From contig OZ374557.1 in the NCBI GenBank assembly GCA_977862235.1, positions 2,542,001-2,606,000 of the forward strand: a stretch of DNA of 64,000 nucleotides, given 5' to 3'. Shown here one piece after another: positions 1-11,803 of the stretch. Below the pieces are notes generated by a model that saw only the letters and a list, made by a program, of their open reading frames with translations, was not told where the DNA came from and searched no databases. This DNA comes from Dudresnaya verticillata. Lineage: Eukaryota. Position 1 is the stretch's first letter; each line of letters begins with the position of its first letter. A program made the position numbers and the translations under genes.

Positions 1-1260
1 TATTTGAGACAGTCCACGGGGCTGGAGAAGAGGTTTTTCATTTGGACCGGTTCTGCCGTCTATTACTCAAGACCAGATATGTAGAGATGAATGAAAACAC
101 CGCAAGGGAGATGCGGTTGCTGCAAGTCAGGCATCTCACAGTTCAGGTCAACAATTTGACTCTAATGTACGAATGAGGCGCTCCGTGAAGGTATTAGCAG
201 CAGTAGTACTACTACCGCAAAGAAGAAAAGGTAATAACGATTGGGTAGTCTGTGGTTTCCTTGCTTTGAGAGCTCAGGGGTTCTTTTCCTCTTCCCATAC
301 ATTAAAGACTGCAAGAAAACCGCTGGCACTGCATTGTCCAACTTTTACCCAGCAACAGGTACCTTCATCCCCAGAAGTAAACTGTGACGACATCCGCGTG
401 ACATACGAGCATTCCAAAATACTTCGAGAGGAGGTCCAACAAATGCAACGTATGGTGCCAGGTGCACAGATCGAGGAATTGGTGCCATGACATATTGCCT
501 TTTGTGAACGTCACAGCGAATAACAGGACTTGGACTTTTCCATGTAGATGAGCAGAAAAGCATTTCCATTACTGTCGACATTTATCTCTTGAATTGACGC
601 GCCCAACCCCTGCTGAGATACTTGTTCCAACTCCACCCGGTGATCGGCTTTGTCTGCGACAGTCCACAGTCTATAGAATTAAAGATGGAAGTCGACCTGC
701 ATCCCCCATCACAGCCAACACCTACCATGACCCGCAACGCAATCCGACAAGCATACGAACAAGTGGTACTACTTCGCATCGATGTGCGCGCCCAGCGCGA
801 CATCGTGAAGGACTGTTTAAGGGAGGCTCGCGAGTGCATGGAGGAATTCAAATTCCTCATGCACTGCTACCGCCACTTGAGGCGGGAAGCGACGGCGGTT
901 AGGACAGCTGTCGCCAGAGCTGTGCGCTCGGTATGCGCGGAGCTGTGGAGCTGCACAAACCCCTTAAGCAGCGAAGATGAAGAGGAGTTAATAGTGTAGT
1001 GAGAATGTCAAGTGATAGCAATGAATAGATAGAGTAGAAAAAGGGGTTGAGTAAATTTACTGAGGCTGATGAACTCTTTTATGAACGCACTTCCCGCTTG
1101 GCAAGCAGGAGGCTGGAAAATGGCTATGTTACAGCAATACGGAACCGCGAGGAAGACGGCCGTAGACGGTGTCGTGTTGGGAGGAGGATGTGATATTAAA
1201 CGTTATAGGACGGTTTTGAGTGCACCGGCATCGGCAACAAAAGGCCTATGAGACAGCACA

Positions 1261-3100
1261 CTATCGCATGGGAAGGAGGAACAACGACTGTATATCTTCA
1301 ATGCGTGCTATTGGGTTGAAGGGGCGGAGTCGGGAGGCTGACTGCGTTGAAAGCCAACGGCGGCGAATTTCTTGAATGCTCTGGGAGACATCACGTCGCA
1401 TGGCCGAGGTGGGGGCAGGCTGGTCCAGCAGTGCCAGTGTTGTGGAATCGATTCGGACGCGTGCGTCGAGAGCGGGATCGGGGGGTGGGATCGGGAATGT
1501 ACCCAGATGCCAGCGGACTGCGAGATGGCGGTGAGCGGACACAGGTAGTTCCAGAGTGGGAGCAAGGCGGTCAGACGTATAAACAGGAGCAGGTCGTCGC
1601 CCTTGGAGGTAAAGGCGCCAGCGTAGCAGATGCAGGGCGTGCCGCGCAGCTGCAGACTTGGGGCAGGCAACGGCGCTACGAAGCGAGTGGTCAGGTGAGC
1701 GCGAGAGGGCATCTAGGGTCGTGCGGGAAGCCCAGGAGAGCTTAGGGGAGTGGGAAGATGAGAGCTGCCGTAAGCGCAGTACCAACATTCTCTGTAGATC
1801 GGGCCGTCTGTCGCCGGGGTGGACGATGCTGAACAGGGCACGCAGCTTCGATAAACGACGCCGCGGCATGGACTCGGACCGTTGCCCTATGGCAGTGCGG
1901 AGTTAGCAAGATTCAGCGTCCCCGATGTGTTGTAGGGCGAGGGCGTCGAGTGGAGAGACGGCGAGGGCATACTCGTAGACGGGTCGCAAGAACAAGCGAA
2001 ACATCGACCTGGAGGCGGCAACTGGCATCAAAGAGGATACGTGGCGGAGACGCTTGAGGTTGCCCAGAAGCCTCTTCGCCTTCCGGGTACGAGCGACAGT
2101 CGAGGCAGAGCCAATTCCCGTGGTCGTGAGTTCAGCTCCAAGGTAGGTCGCGGAATCCGTTACAATTAAGTCCCCTCCATTACGCTGCAGCCTTGCAGAC
2201 GTAGGGCGGTGGCCATGGCGAGTCGGTAGAAGAATGAAGCACTTCGTGGAGTACCAGACCATGTTGTTATCGCTGGTCCAATTATCGCAGACGCGTAGCG
2301 CGGCGCGAAGGAGGCGACTGAGTCCACATGGAGGAGGCAATCGTCGGCCAGAAGCCTTCCCGGTAGCTTTTGCATGCCGCGTCGGAGTTCATGACAAATT
2401 GCCACTGCGAGTGGATCGATATACAAGTTGAACAGCTCGCAACTGAGCGCGGAGCCCTGTGTGACGCCATTGCGGACCATAGCGGTATGTCTTGTCGCGT
2501 CGCTGGCCGTTGAAACTTGCAATGGGCCCAGTGTACAGCTAATCATCGCAGCGATGGCTGTTGGTAGCAGTGCATGGCAGAGGGTTAACAGCTTATTACG
2601 ATCCACTCGGTCCTACACGCTTTTAAGGTCAAGAACAGCGATGTAGTCGTCGTTGTTCTGTACAGAATCTTGCGCATGTACCAGAGCCATATCGGTACCG
2701 AGCAGAGCTTGGAAGCCAAGCTGCATGGGATGAGACGTGAAGTGCTTCCCTACCTCAATGGCAATTGCACGCTCAATGAGCTTCCGCAAATGCGATAAAA
2801 GGCAGATAGGGCGGTAGCTTGCCGGCTCCTTTCGGGGGCCGCGCTTGACAACGGGAATGAGCAATCCATTTCGCCATTCGGCAGGAAGGATACTGTACAT
2901 GCCGCAAAGTCGCCAAACTTCCGTGAGGAGCGCGGCCGCCAGCTTGGGCGTCAGCTTCAGCATTTCCACGCGTACGTTGTCTACGCCAACAGCTTTTCCA
3001 GGTTTTGCGTCGTTAATAGCCTTCAAAAGGCTGTGCTTGAAAGTGGTGGCACAGCGAACGGCTGTGGGGAGGGGGTGATAGGTGCTGCAGTGGTATTATG
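1261..3100 (-). pseudogene. Decayed non-LTR (LINE-type) retrotransposon reverse transcriptase, 5'-truncated
   Basis: ORFs 2613-3026, 2166-2606, 1903-2340 and 1261-1869 give LINE RT motifs in order: KPGKAVGVD, EWRNGLLIPVVK, SYRPICLLS, QLGF, VLDLKSV*DRV, GVTQGSALSCELFNLYID, LADD, TYLG. One nonsense codon (2613-2615) plus frameshifts. No endonuclease domain visible. Confidence 0.88.
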
Positions 3101-3696
3101 GATGTGATCCGTGAACGTGGTGAGCTTCAGGCGCAGGTGAAATTTGATAGGGCATGCGGGGAGGAGGTGATGTGCGAGAAGCGCACCGCAGTGGACCTTG
3201 GAGTGGAATGATGGGCATGGGAAGGGGTGGTACTGGTACCAGCACCCAGAGTGGAATGATGGCCGCGAACGACTGGGTTACCCCAGATTTACCCTGGCGG
3301 CCAAGCAGTACCAGTCGTGCGGGGTGACACTGCGCCCTTGGTCGCAGCTCAGGGCGGGCCGGGGATGCGGCGGGCGGGGCCAAGCGTGCTGAAGCACGAG
3401 CGTCGGTGCGCTGCCAGGCGCGCCCGGGAGGGCAGCAGGCGGCAGTGCAATTTCTGGGTAAATTTTAATTCGTAAATTCCGAAAGTTTCGAAACTTTCAC
3501 GAAAGTTTCGGGGACATTTACCCGTATATGCGGCATGCTGTAACTCCGCAACCGTGCATGCTATCCCAAAACGGATTTAACCATTCTTCTCAGCTCCCTC
3601 TCCCTAGTCTAACGCGATATAGAAATATTCATTCCATTAACATTTTTTCAGACTGATTCGGAACACAGATTCTGAAAACCCGGAAGTCTGTGTTTA

Positions 3697-6600
3697 ACCA
3701 CAGAACGCGCGGGGCTGATTTGCCTTCAGCCCTACGACAAGCCGTATCACCGGCAAGGAATCATCGCAACGAATGGAATAGCCCATGCTGAACCAAAACG
3801 GCCGTTCCGCATTCTAATCGCGAACTTCACCTCGCACGACCAAGTTCTTCCTAAGAACCAGGTCGTCGCGACCGCCCTCCCGCACCCCACCGCCGTGGTG
3901 CCCAGTCCCATCCGGCTGGCGGACATGCTTGGGTTGACTGACTTAGCGGACGATACCGCAACAAGATCCCAACGACTGGGAAGACTGTCGAATACGACAA
4001 ACAAAGGTGACGCTCACGCGAAGACCCTTGAAGCTGAAAACGAACCTCCACCTTCGGTGGACGACGTGGGTTTATCCCACCTGACGGAGAATCACGCCGA
4101 ACGCGTGCGGCAATTACTTGGTAGGTTTTCTACAATTTGGGATGGTTCATTAGGTGAAATCACCACTACGGAACATTACATCGATATGATTCCGGGTACG
4201 AGGCCGTTCTCGTGCCCACCCTATCGGGCGGGTCCGAAGCAACGCCAAGTGGAACAAGCGGAAGTTGACCGCATGCTACGAGCTGGCGTTATAGAACCGG
4301 CACAATCTCCCTGGGCGTCTCCAGTTGTTTTGGTGCCTAAAAAGGACGGTACCTTACGATTCTGTGTCGACTACCGACGTTTAAATGCCGCAACCGTTCG
4401 GGATACATACCCGTTACCTCGCATCGATGAATGCATCGATTCACTCGGCGAAGCAAACGTCTTCACTACGCTCGATTGCAACTCGGGGTATTGGCAAATC
4501 CCCATCAACGGTCGCGATCGTGACAAAACCACGTTTACATGCCATGCGGGAACCTTCCGCTACAAAAGAATGCCATTTGGCCTTACCAATGCACCCGCTA
4601 CCTTCCAGCGGACCCTGGATATTCTGCTCTCAGGTTTCAAGTGGCAGACATGCCTCGTTTACTTGGACGATGTTATCATCTACTCCAAGGACGTGAAATC
4701 CAATTTTAAACACGTCGAGCAGATCCTGACTGCATTGGACCAAGCCGGGGTTACCCTCAAACTGAAGAAATGTGACTTATTCACAAACACCGTCAACTAC
4801 CTAGGCCATATCATCTGTCCCGGCGAACTGCGGGTCGACCCAACGGTCACTGCGGCACTCCGCAAAGCAGAACACCCACGTACACAAACGGAATTGAGGT
4901 CTTTCCTCGGGTTGTGTAACGTATAAAGGAGGTTTGTCCCCAATTACTCTCACGTGGCAGGACCACTGAACCGGCTCCTCAAAAAGGATCACCCGGACAA
5001 TATTGAGTCGCTCGACGACAAACAAGATTCCGCGTTCCAGACGCTGATCAAAGCTGCCACGGAACCACCGGTACTATCTCTGCCGAAACCTGGCTTGCCC
5101 TATTCTGTCGATACCGACGCTTCGAATTACCAGGTCAGCTGCACCTTATTCCAAACGCACACCGATGGTACGAGGAAACCCCTCGGGTACTGGTCCCGTT
5201 CTCTGCAAGCCGCCGAAAAGAACTACTCGGTTTCCGAGAAGGAGTGTTTGGCATTGGTGTGGGCTGTTACCACTTTACGGTCCTACCTACAAATGGAAAA
5301 GTTTACCATACACACCGATCACTCCTCTCTTCGTTGGCTAATGGAGATTAATGATCCCTCCGGGCGCCTTATGAGCTGGCGCTTACTTATGTCGGAATTC
5401 GACTTTGACGTCCGCTACAAGAAGGGACGCATCAACACCCAAGCGGACGCCCTTTCACGCCTGCAAACGCTTGGCGAAACCCAAGTCGATATCGACGACG
5501 AAATGCCGGGTTTCCACGTCGCGGCGGACGCTCCCGCAACCTGGCCCTTTGCGATAAGGAGGAATTCCTCGAAATAGATGAAGCCGTCGCCGATCGCCTC
5601 CTCCTGGCGAATCCGCCTTCATCACAACCCGAGCTCTTGCGCCCAATCACGACGGAAGAGCTTCTTCAAACGCAACTAGCAGATGCTTTCTGCACCTCCC
5701 TGCGTTCTCGTCTTAACGGGGGGAGGGGTTACCGTTCGCGCTGGACGAGACAGAAGTCCTCATTCGCACACGAGAGGCACTTCCTCAAATTGTGATACCA
5801 TTCACTCTTCGCGCACGTGTGCTACACTTGGCACACTTCCCAAAACTATCCGGACATCCGGGTGGGCGCAAGATGTATTACTCACTCCGTAGATCCTTCT
5901 ACTGGCCTTCCATGGCTGTGGACTGTTCCGCCACCGTAAGAAACTGCACAACGTGTGCACGCAATTGCGTTATGCTACGCCGTAATACAAAGCACATGAA
6001 GCTGTTTCCAGCAAAAGCACCCCTGGAGTTTGTCTCCATTGACATCTATGGCGAACGGATTCGCACGAAACGAGGCAATCGATTCCTCTTGGTCACCACA
6101 GACCGTTTCGCCAAACTCGTTCGGACAGTTCAAATGAAGAAGATTACGGCTGCGAAAGTGGCCGAAGCGTTCATTACGCATTGGGTCTACGTCTACGGAT
6201 CTCCGTTGTACCTACTATCGGATAATGACAGACAATTTGCCGCAAAGTTGTTTCAGTCGTTATGTGGAACGTTGGGGATCAAAAACCTCTTTACTACAAC
6301 CTATCACCCCCAATGCAATGGGCAGGTTGAGCGGTTCAACCGCACAATGCGCGCCGCGCTACTGCACTACGTTGCGGACCATCCGCTTGAATGGGATTTA
6401 TTCTCAGATGCCATCACCTACGCGTACAACACGCAAGTTCATTCTACCACGAATCTGGCCCCCTTTCAACTGGTACTTTCCAGACCTCCACCCGCACTAA
6501 GCGTCGAGGCATATCCCTCATTGGAACCAGTGCCGAGTTCGGCTACATTCCACGCCAAGTGGCAGTCCTGGCTCACAGGACTACTGTCAACTGCCACAAA

Positions 6601-8181
6601 AGTCGTTGACCAGACACAGGCGCGATACAAACGCAATTTCGATAACAGGGTACGTCCCTCAAGCGATGGGATCGGAGTAGACTCCTACGTCTACGTACGC
6701 AAGGAGTACTATGGGAAAGATACCCCAAAACACAAACTGGCGCCTATCGCTGACGGCCCCTATCGCGTGAGTGACGCAAATGATAAGACGGTCACCATCG
6801 AGAAGGACGGGCCTGAATACGAGCGGAGTTCCCGCGACAGAGTCGTGTTGGCACCCGTCCCACCAAGGGACGCGACCAACCAAGCCAACGCAGAAGGGAC
6901 GGCAGGCCCGACAGATGCGGATTTACCGCCAACGAACGATCTCAATAACGATCATACTCGAGTACAGGGCTCTGCCGGAGCTACTGTGTCTCATGGGGAA
7001 AATGCCCCAATTCCCTTTCATGCTGTGGCTCCGGCCATACAGCCACGCAATGATCGCGGATTGGCGGATTTACCGCCGCCCATAGTACCCGGACGCACCG
7101 CTGGCGTCCGCACGCGGACTACCGCAATCCACTCACCACCTACCACACGCGCGGAACCCGCCGCCTCCACGCCAACTCCTTCGCCCGCAAGTTCGGAGCA
7201 GGAATCCAGGCCAGCGAACGACGCCCGCGCAAATGGGCACCCCATCGTGGATCAACCGCACGCTGTTTCAGAAGGCGCCAAGGCTGTCAACGGTAAAGTA
7301 GAGGAAAGTCCTCGTGATACCTCACTAAAGGCACCGGCGATATCGCCCGCCTGCCCCCACTCGGAGGAAATGCCTCGTCAACGGCAACCCGCGCAGAATG
7401 CCGGCACAACCGCCACCCAGGAGAATACTCTACAAGAAGCAGCAACGCGGGATATACTCCACAGAGGCTCGCCCATTCGTCGAATAACGGAAGACTCCGA
7501 GCTACACCCATCCAGGACACTACACAACCATCGCCTAATACCTGCCGCCACCTCGGCTGACATGAATCGGTGGACGAGTCACGGCCCCATAGTCAGGCTG
7601 AAATCCTACCCGCTGACGGGAAGGATCCCGCTCCTGAAGGTGCGACACGCGACATGTCGTCAGACGCGTCGAGAACGCAAAACCGTAACAAGGAGAATTC
7701 TCCACGCCCGCCAAGAAAGAGAGTCACATTTGACGAAAGCATTAGGGAAATCCCTACGCGACCTGTCGTGAGCCGCAGCCTTGGGTCAGAAACGGCAGAC
7801 CGAAATCAAGCCGCAACCGTGACCCTTGGCACGCCAAGCCCCAGACGGAGTTGCCGTATCGCTGCCGTCGCGCCACGCGCGTCGCAGTTAGGCTCTCGGC
7901 AAGAGTATCCATCTCAAGCACCGCCGCCTGATGACACCCTGTCATCAAGGCACCGACACTATGCCGACACTCCGCAGCGTGACGAGTATGTCATCGAAAA
8001 AGTGGTGAACCACAGTTATGATAATACAGAACTTCTGTTTGAAGTCAAATGGTATGGGTACCCGTCATCGCAAAATATATGGGAGCCCATACAACATCTG
8101 CCGCGTAGCCAAATTATCTCCTATTGTAAGAGGAGACGCCTCGGCGTCCCCGCCACCATTACAAAGGCCATGGTGGGCTAG
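3697..8181 (+). pseudogene. pol: Gypsy pol pseudogene (RT, RNase H, integrase, C-terminal chromodomain)
   Basis: PWASPVVLVPKKDGTLRFCVDYRRLN, YLDD, DTDAS...NYSVSEKECLA, H-x6-H...CTTC zinc finger, GQVERFNRT, IADGPYRV. Chromodomain EYVIEKVVNH...FEVKWYGY...WEP at ~7984-8150. In-frame stop at 4924-4926 and frameshifts near 5550-5790 and 7570-7770. Confidence 0.95.
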
Positions 8182-8866
8182 TCCTCAAAACAGCAAGCGC
8201 GCAGACGTCTTCTAACTCACAAATGGAGTGGACATACCACGTTGAGGAGTCGAGGCCACAGTAGTTGCCGCAGGCACAACGGGAGTACTGTAATCCAAAA
8301 TAGCGTATCTTATTGGTCGGACACGATTATAATGAGCATCGCACCAATCAGATGCTCTTTATGCGCACCTGCTCACCCTAGCGGTCGGCCGCAATTGATT
8401 GCCATCGTCTTTCCCAAAAGTCGAACACGGCTAAGTCAACAAAGGCGAGCATGCACAAAACGGAATTCCTTAACGACTACCCCGATCCAGCAACGGCCTG
8501 GAACATCCATTCCAGTTGGCGAACGCTTTGGCATAGGTCATAGGCAACAAGCGGAACTCCGCAACTCAGCGCAGGCATGCCCGCAATTCGAAAGTGCACT
8601 TCAAAGCCAAGCGCCACGCGCGCGACCCCCTGGTATGGGGCATGCCACAATTCCCCTTTTGGCCAAACTACTGAGGCACGCCTCTACACAGACCGCCGCA
8701 ATTCGCAGTCGCTCACTACCGCTGCCTACAAGGCGTCTCCGACTGACCCTACCTAAGCAGTTATGCGTGTAACGGAATCCCGTATTTGCGGGGTTTAACA
8801 ACTTATGACCTGCCCTTAGACATCCGCTCGCACATGGAGAGGGGACGTCTTCACGCAAGGTGTGCA

Positions 8867-9539
8867 CTAAAAGTGAGCCTCGAGACGCTTCACTTCTGCT
8901 TGCACCGCTCCTTTCTTCATCGTCTCTGATGACTTCTGGCCAGTGTGAAGCACTTTCTTCGTGGTTGGGCCAACGCCGGTGGGCGGATTAGACTTGCCCT
9001 TCGCGACTTGGTTTGTTGCTAACATATCATCCTCCGATGATGACGATGCGACCATTGTTACACCCTGAACCAGCTTGGCCTTCTGCCGCATCAGCGAGTC
9101 TCTTCTATAAACTGGCCAGCTGCTGTTCTTCCACTTCGCGCCTCTTTCGACTGGCCGCAATCTCCTGCATCAACTTGTCGGTACCGACTTCGGGCATAGA
9201 TTGCACCATGCCCGGAGTAACAGAGGCAGCAACACTCTTCTTCTGGCCAGTCTTGATGGCCTTCTCCACTGCGGTAGTCTTTGCAGAAACTGGCGGATCG
9301 GAGGGCTCGCCACTTGGAGTCTTGGGTGCTGGGGCAGAAGATGCCCTGGGCGCCTTCATCGCCCGCGGCCTCGAACTCTGGCCAGTCTTCTTCGTGGTCG
9401 CCTTCACTCTGCCCACAGCGACTTCTTTGTCGCTCGATGGCGGTGTAGATGATGAACTGGAAGAAACGGTCGGCCGTACAGTCTTCTTCGTGGCCGATGT
9501 GGTGCGGCGCGGACGCGCTTTCGCAGGGCCACCCGCCAT
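8867..9539 (-). CDS. Antisense accessory ORF of gypsy element 1 (K/S/T/P/A-rich with a short coiled-coil-like segment; disrupted)
   Basis: ATG at 9539 (MAGGPAKARPRR...) lies in ORF 9105-9911 and appears to continue by frameshift into ORF 8867-9160. It sits between pol and the PPT. Confidence 0.5.
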
Positions 9540-9777
9540 CGAAAACGAACTGGCCAGACGTGCACGTTGGAGACCGAAGCAAAGGAAGGCGCGCGCAAGT
9601 TGACCAGAAGCGAGGACGTCCGCGCGATGTTTTGGCAAGTGTGGGTAAGTGGAAACGTGGTGTGGGCAAGATGGTGATGGCCGGGTGCAGGGAGAGGGGT
9701 AGCGGCGCGGATCACGCACGCTGATATGGCCAGATGAAACCCTCGCGGCCAGGAGTCCGCGCTTGCCAAGGGGGCTC

Positions 9778-10542
9778 TGTGGTGCAACGGCAAGGGGGCC
9801 ACCGAAAGGAAGCAACTCGACGGGCCAACTGTACGATCGGCCCAACCAAACGAAGACACTTGGCCAATGAAGTCGTGCCGTCGGCGCGCGGACGGCGGTG
9901 AGCGTGCGCAAGTATGAAACGTGGCCACCGACTGTACACGCGGCTCATACGTGGCCACCTACGACACCGAAGCGCACCACGTGGCCCGCTGTACACTCGT
10001 GATCTGATTTTGCGGCCAAACACAAATCGAAATTGGATTTGGCCGCACGGTGAATCAAAGGGAAGACAGTGGAAAAATCAACGGAAAATCTAGCTCGCAT
10101 GGCCAACCACTAACGCACAAGTACTTGGTTTAGTCTCGCAAGGGCCTTACATTGGCCCGACGCCGGAACACAAGTAGATATTATGGCCGACCGGAGTAAC
10201 CTCGGCCACTAACTGTAGAATAGCTCTAGATTAGCTCTGATGGCCAATTTTGGGCCTACTTAGCTGGCCACACACTACGGCTAAGCCGAAAAAGGTACGA
10301 AGCCGTCCCGCCAGAGGTTGGGAGTAAAGTTAGCAACTGAACCCCCGACTTGGCCATTTTCTGTCCTCATCACAGATTCTAGCCACGACTTCGTCTGCGC
10401 GCTCCCGCTCTACCACGCTTGCTACCGGCGCGCAGGTCCGTTCTACGTTCTGGCCAGTTTTTGGTGAAATCCGACAGGTCTTTGTGGTCTTCTTGGGGTC
10501 TCGTTTGGCTGCCGTACGCGGTGGTGCTAAAGCGATACTACA
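9778..10542 (+). repeat. 3' LTR of gypsy element 1 (~765 bp)
   Basis: Starts TGTGGTGCAAC directly after the PPT-like tract and ends GATACTACA at the junction with MULE cargo sequence. Confidence 0.7.
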
Positions 10543-10735
10543 GACAGACGCTCCATGGCGTCCACGATGTCGCGCCCCGGTTCCATGTCCTCCTGACCCA
10601 CTTCCCAGACCCTCTTACGTGCAATAATTGCATTCACTTGGTCCGCAAACCAACTTCTCTGCTTCTGCGATGCCTCCTTTAACGCGCTGCGCTCCCTGCG
10701 GCGCTCATCCTCACGCTCATTCTGCGACATATTCT

Positions 10736-11507
10736 TGTAGTATAGCTGTCAGCACCCTACCAGCAGCGGCTGTAAGGTATGCTGGCAGCCCTGCACTGTA
10801 ATGGTGCACACGATGACGGCCGCTGGCGAGCGTGGTTGGGCAGCGTGCCCTTAGTTTTTTCGTTGAATTAGTAGCGGTCGACCGCATTGCTGCCGGCAGC
10901 GGCCGCGCACCGTGGCGCACACGGCGCGCCCCTGTGACGCTATCCGGCATCGAGCCGTTGAGAGGGCCGCTGCCCGTTACGCCTCGCGCGCGCCCACGGG
11001 TAACCGTTACCCGGACGTGTCGACACGTGTATGGGCGCGCGCTCGCACACCTCCCGCGTTGGTGTTGTGGGGCGCACCTACTGTAGAAGTAGTCGTAGTG
11101 CACATAGTGTAGGGTATTTAAGACCGTCGGCCATCGACGGCTCAGTAAACCGGGCAACCAACAGCTCGCGCTGAAGCTTGCCCCCAGCCTTTTCGGGTTC
11201 GATCCCTTTGCCTTACGCCAGCGGGCGGTTTCCCTTTTTCCCTTGCCTCGCTAGGCTTTCCCCTTTCCTTTTCCTTTCCGTCGGCTTCGTGCCGCCCTTC
11301 GACAGGGACGCTGGGATCCGGGCGCTGCCTACCCGCGTACGGTACGCCCCGTGTGCGCTCCGGCATCGACGCCGTCGATCCGCACCTGCGGGGCGCACGC
11401 GGCCGACACCGCTCTACCAACCCCAACAGCTACCCATCGACGGGTCTGTGCGGCGGCTTCGGACCAGCAAGTATCAGACGTCGGATCGACCGGACGTCTA
11501 TACTACA
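10736..11507 (+). repeat. Solo LTR (772 bp), family S, copy 1
   Basis: Termini TGTAGTATAG...CTATACTACA form a perfect 10-bp inverted pair. Perfect TSD ATTCT at 10731-10735 and 11508-11512. Closely similar to 42810-43583. Confidence 0.95.
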
Positions 11508-11661
11508 ATTCTGAAAGCGAACGTGACGCTTGGGCTTCCTTGAGTGGAAATGCCACCACCATGTCCAAAGCCATTGCCACCCTCGCGACGTACTCCGCCA
11601 TTTCGGTCTTGTGTGCGACCTTGGCCGCCCCCACCGTTGTTGTACCCATTGCCGTTGTAGA

Positions 11662-11803
11662 AGCCACGATCGCTGTTGTAGCCACGATCGCTGTTGTAGC
11701 CACGATCGCTGTTGTAGCCACGATCGCTGTTGTAGCCACGGTTGTAGCCACGGTCGTTGTTGTAGCCACGGTCGTTGTTGTAGCCACGGTCGTTGTTGTA
11801 GCC
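11662..11803. repeat. 18-bp coding tandem repeat (AGCCACGATCGCTGTTGT and variants, ~8 units)
   Basis: Directly visible. Reads N-(S/N)-D-R-G-Y on the minus strand within the MULE cargo ORF. Confidence 0.9.

Larger units (their letters stand above)
3697..10542 (+). mobile_element. Ty3/gypsy chromovirus-type LTR retrotransposon 1 (5' LTR, gag and protease missing)
   Basis: RT-RNaseH-integrase-chromodomain order, then a PPT-like tract AAGGGGGCTC (9768-9777) and a TG...CA 3' LTR (9778-10542). Its right end interrupts the cargo ORF of MULE copy A exactly where homology to copy B stops. Confidence 0.85.

Noticed and set aside
173..999. Short + strand ORFs (173-490, 622-999)
   Set aside because: No recognisable motif. 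622-999 is helical-looking but cannot be supported as a gene from sequence alone.
10736..10745. TGTAGTA as a U2 snRNA branch-site recognition sequence
   Set aside because: It is the LTR terminus, and no flanking U2 sequence is present.
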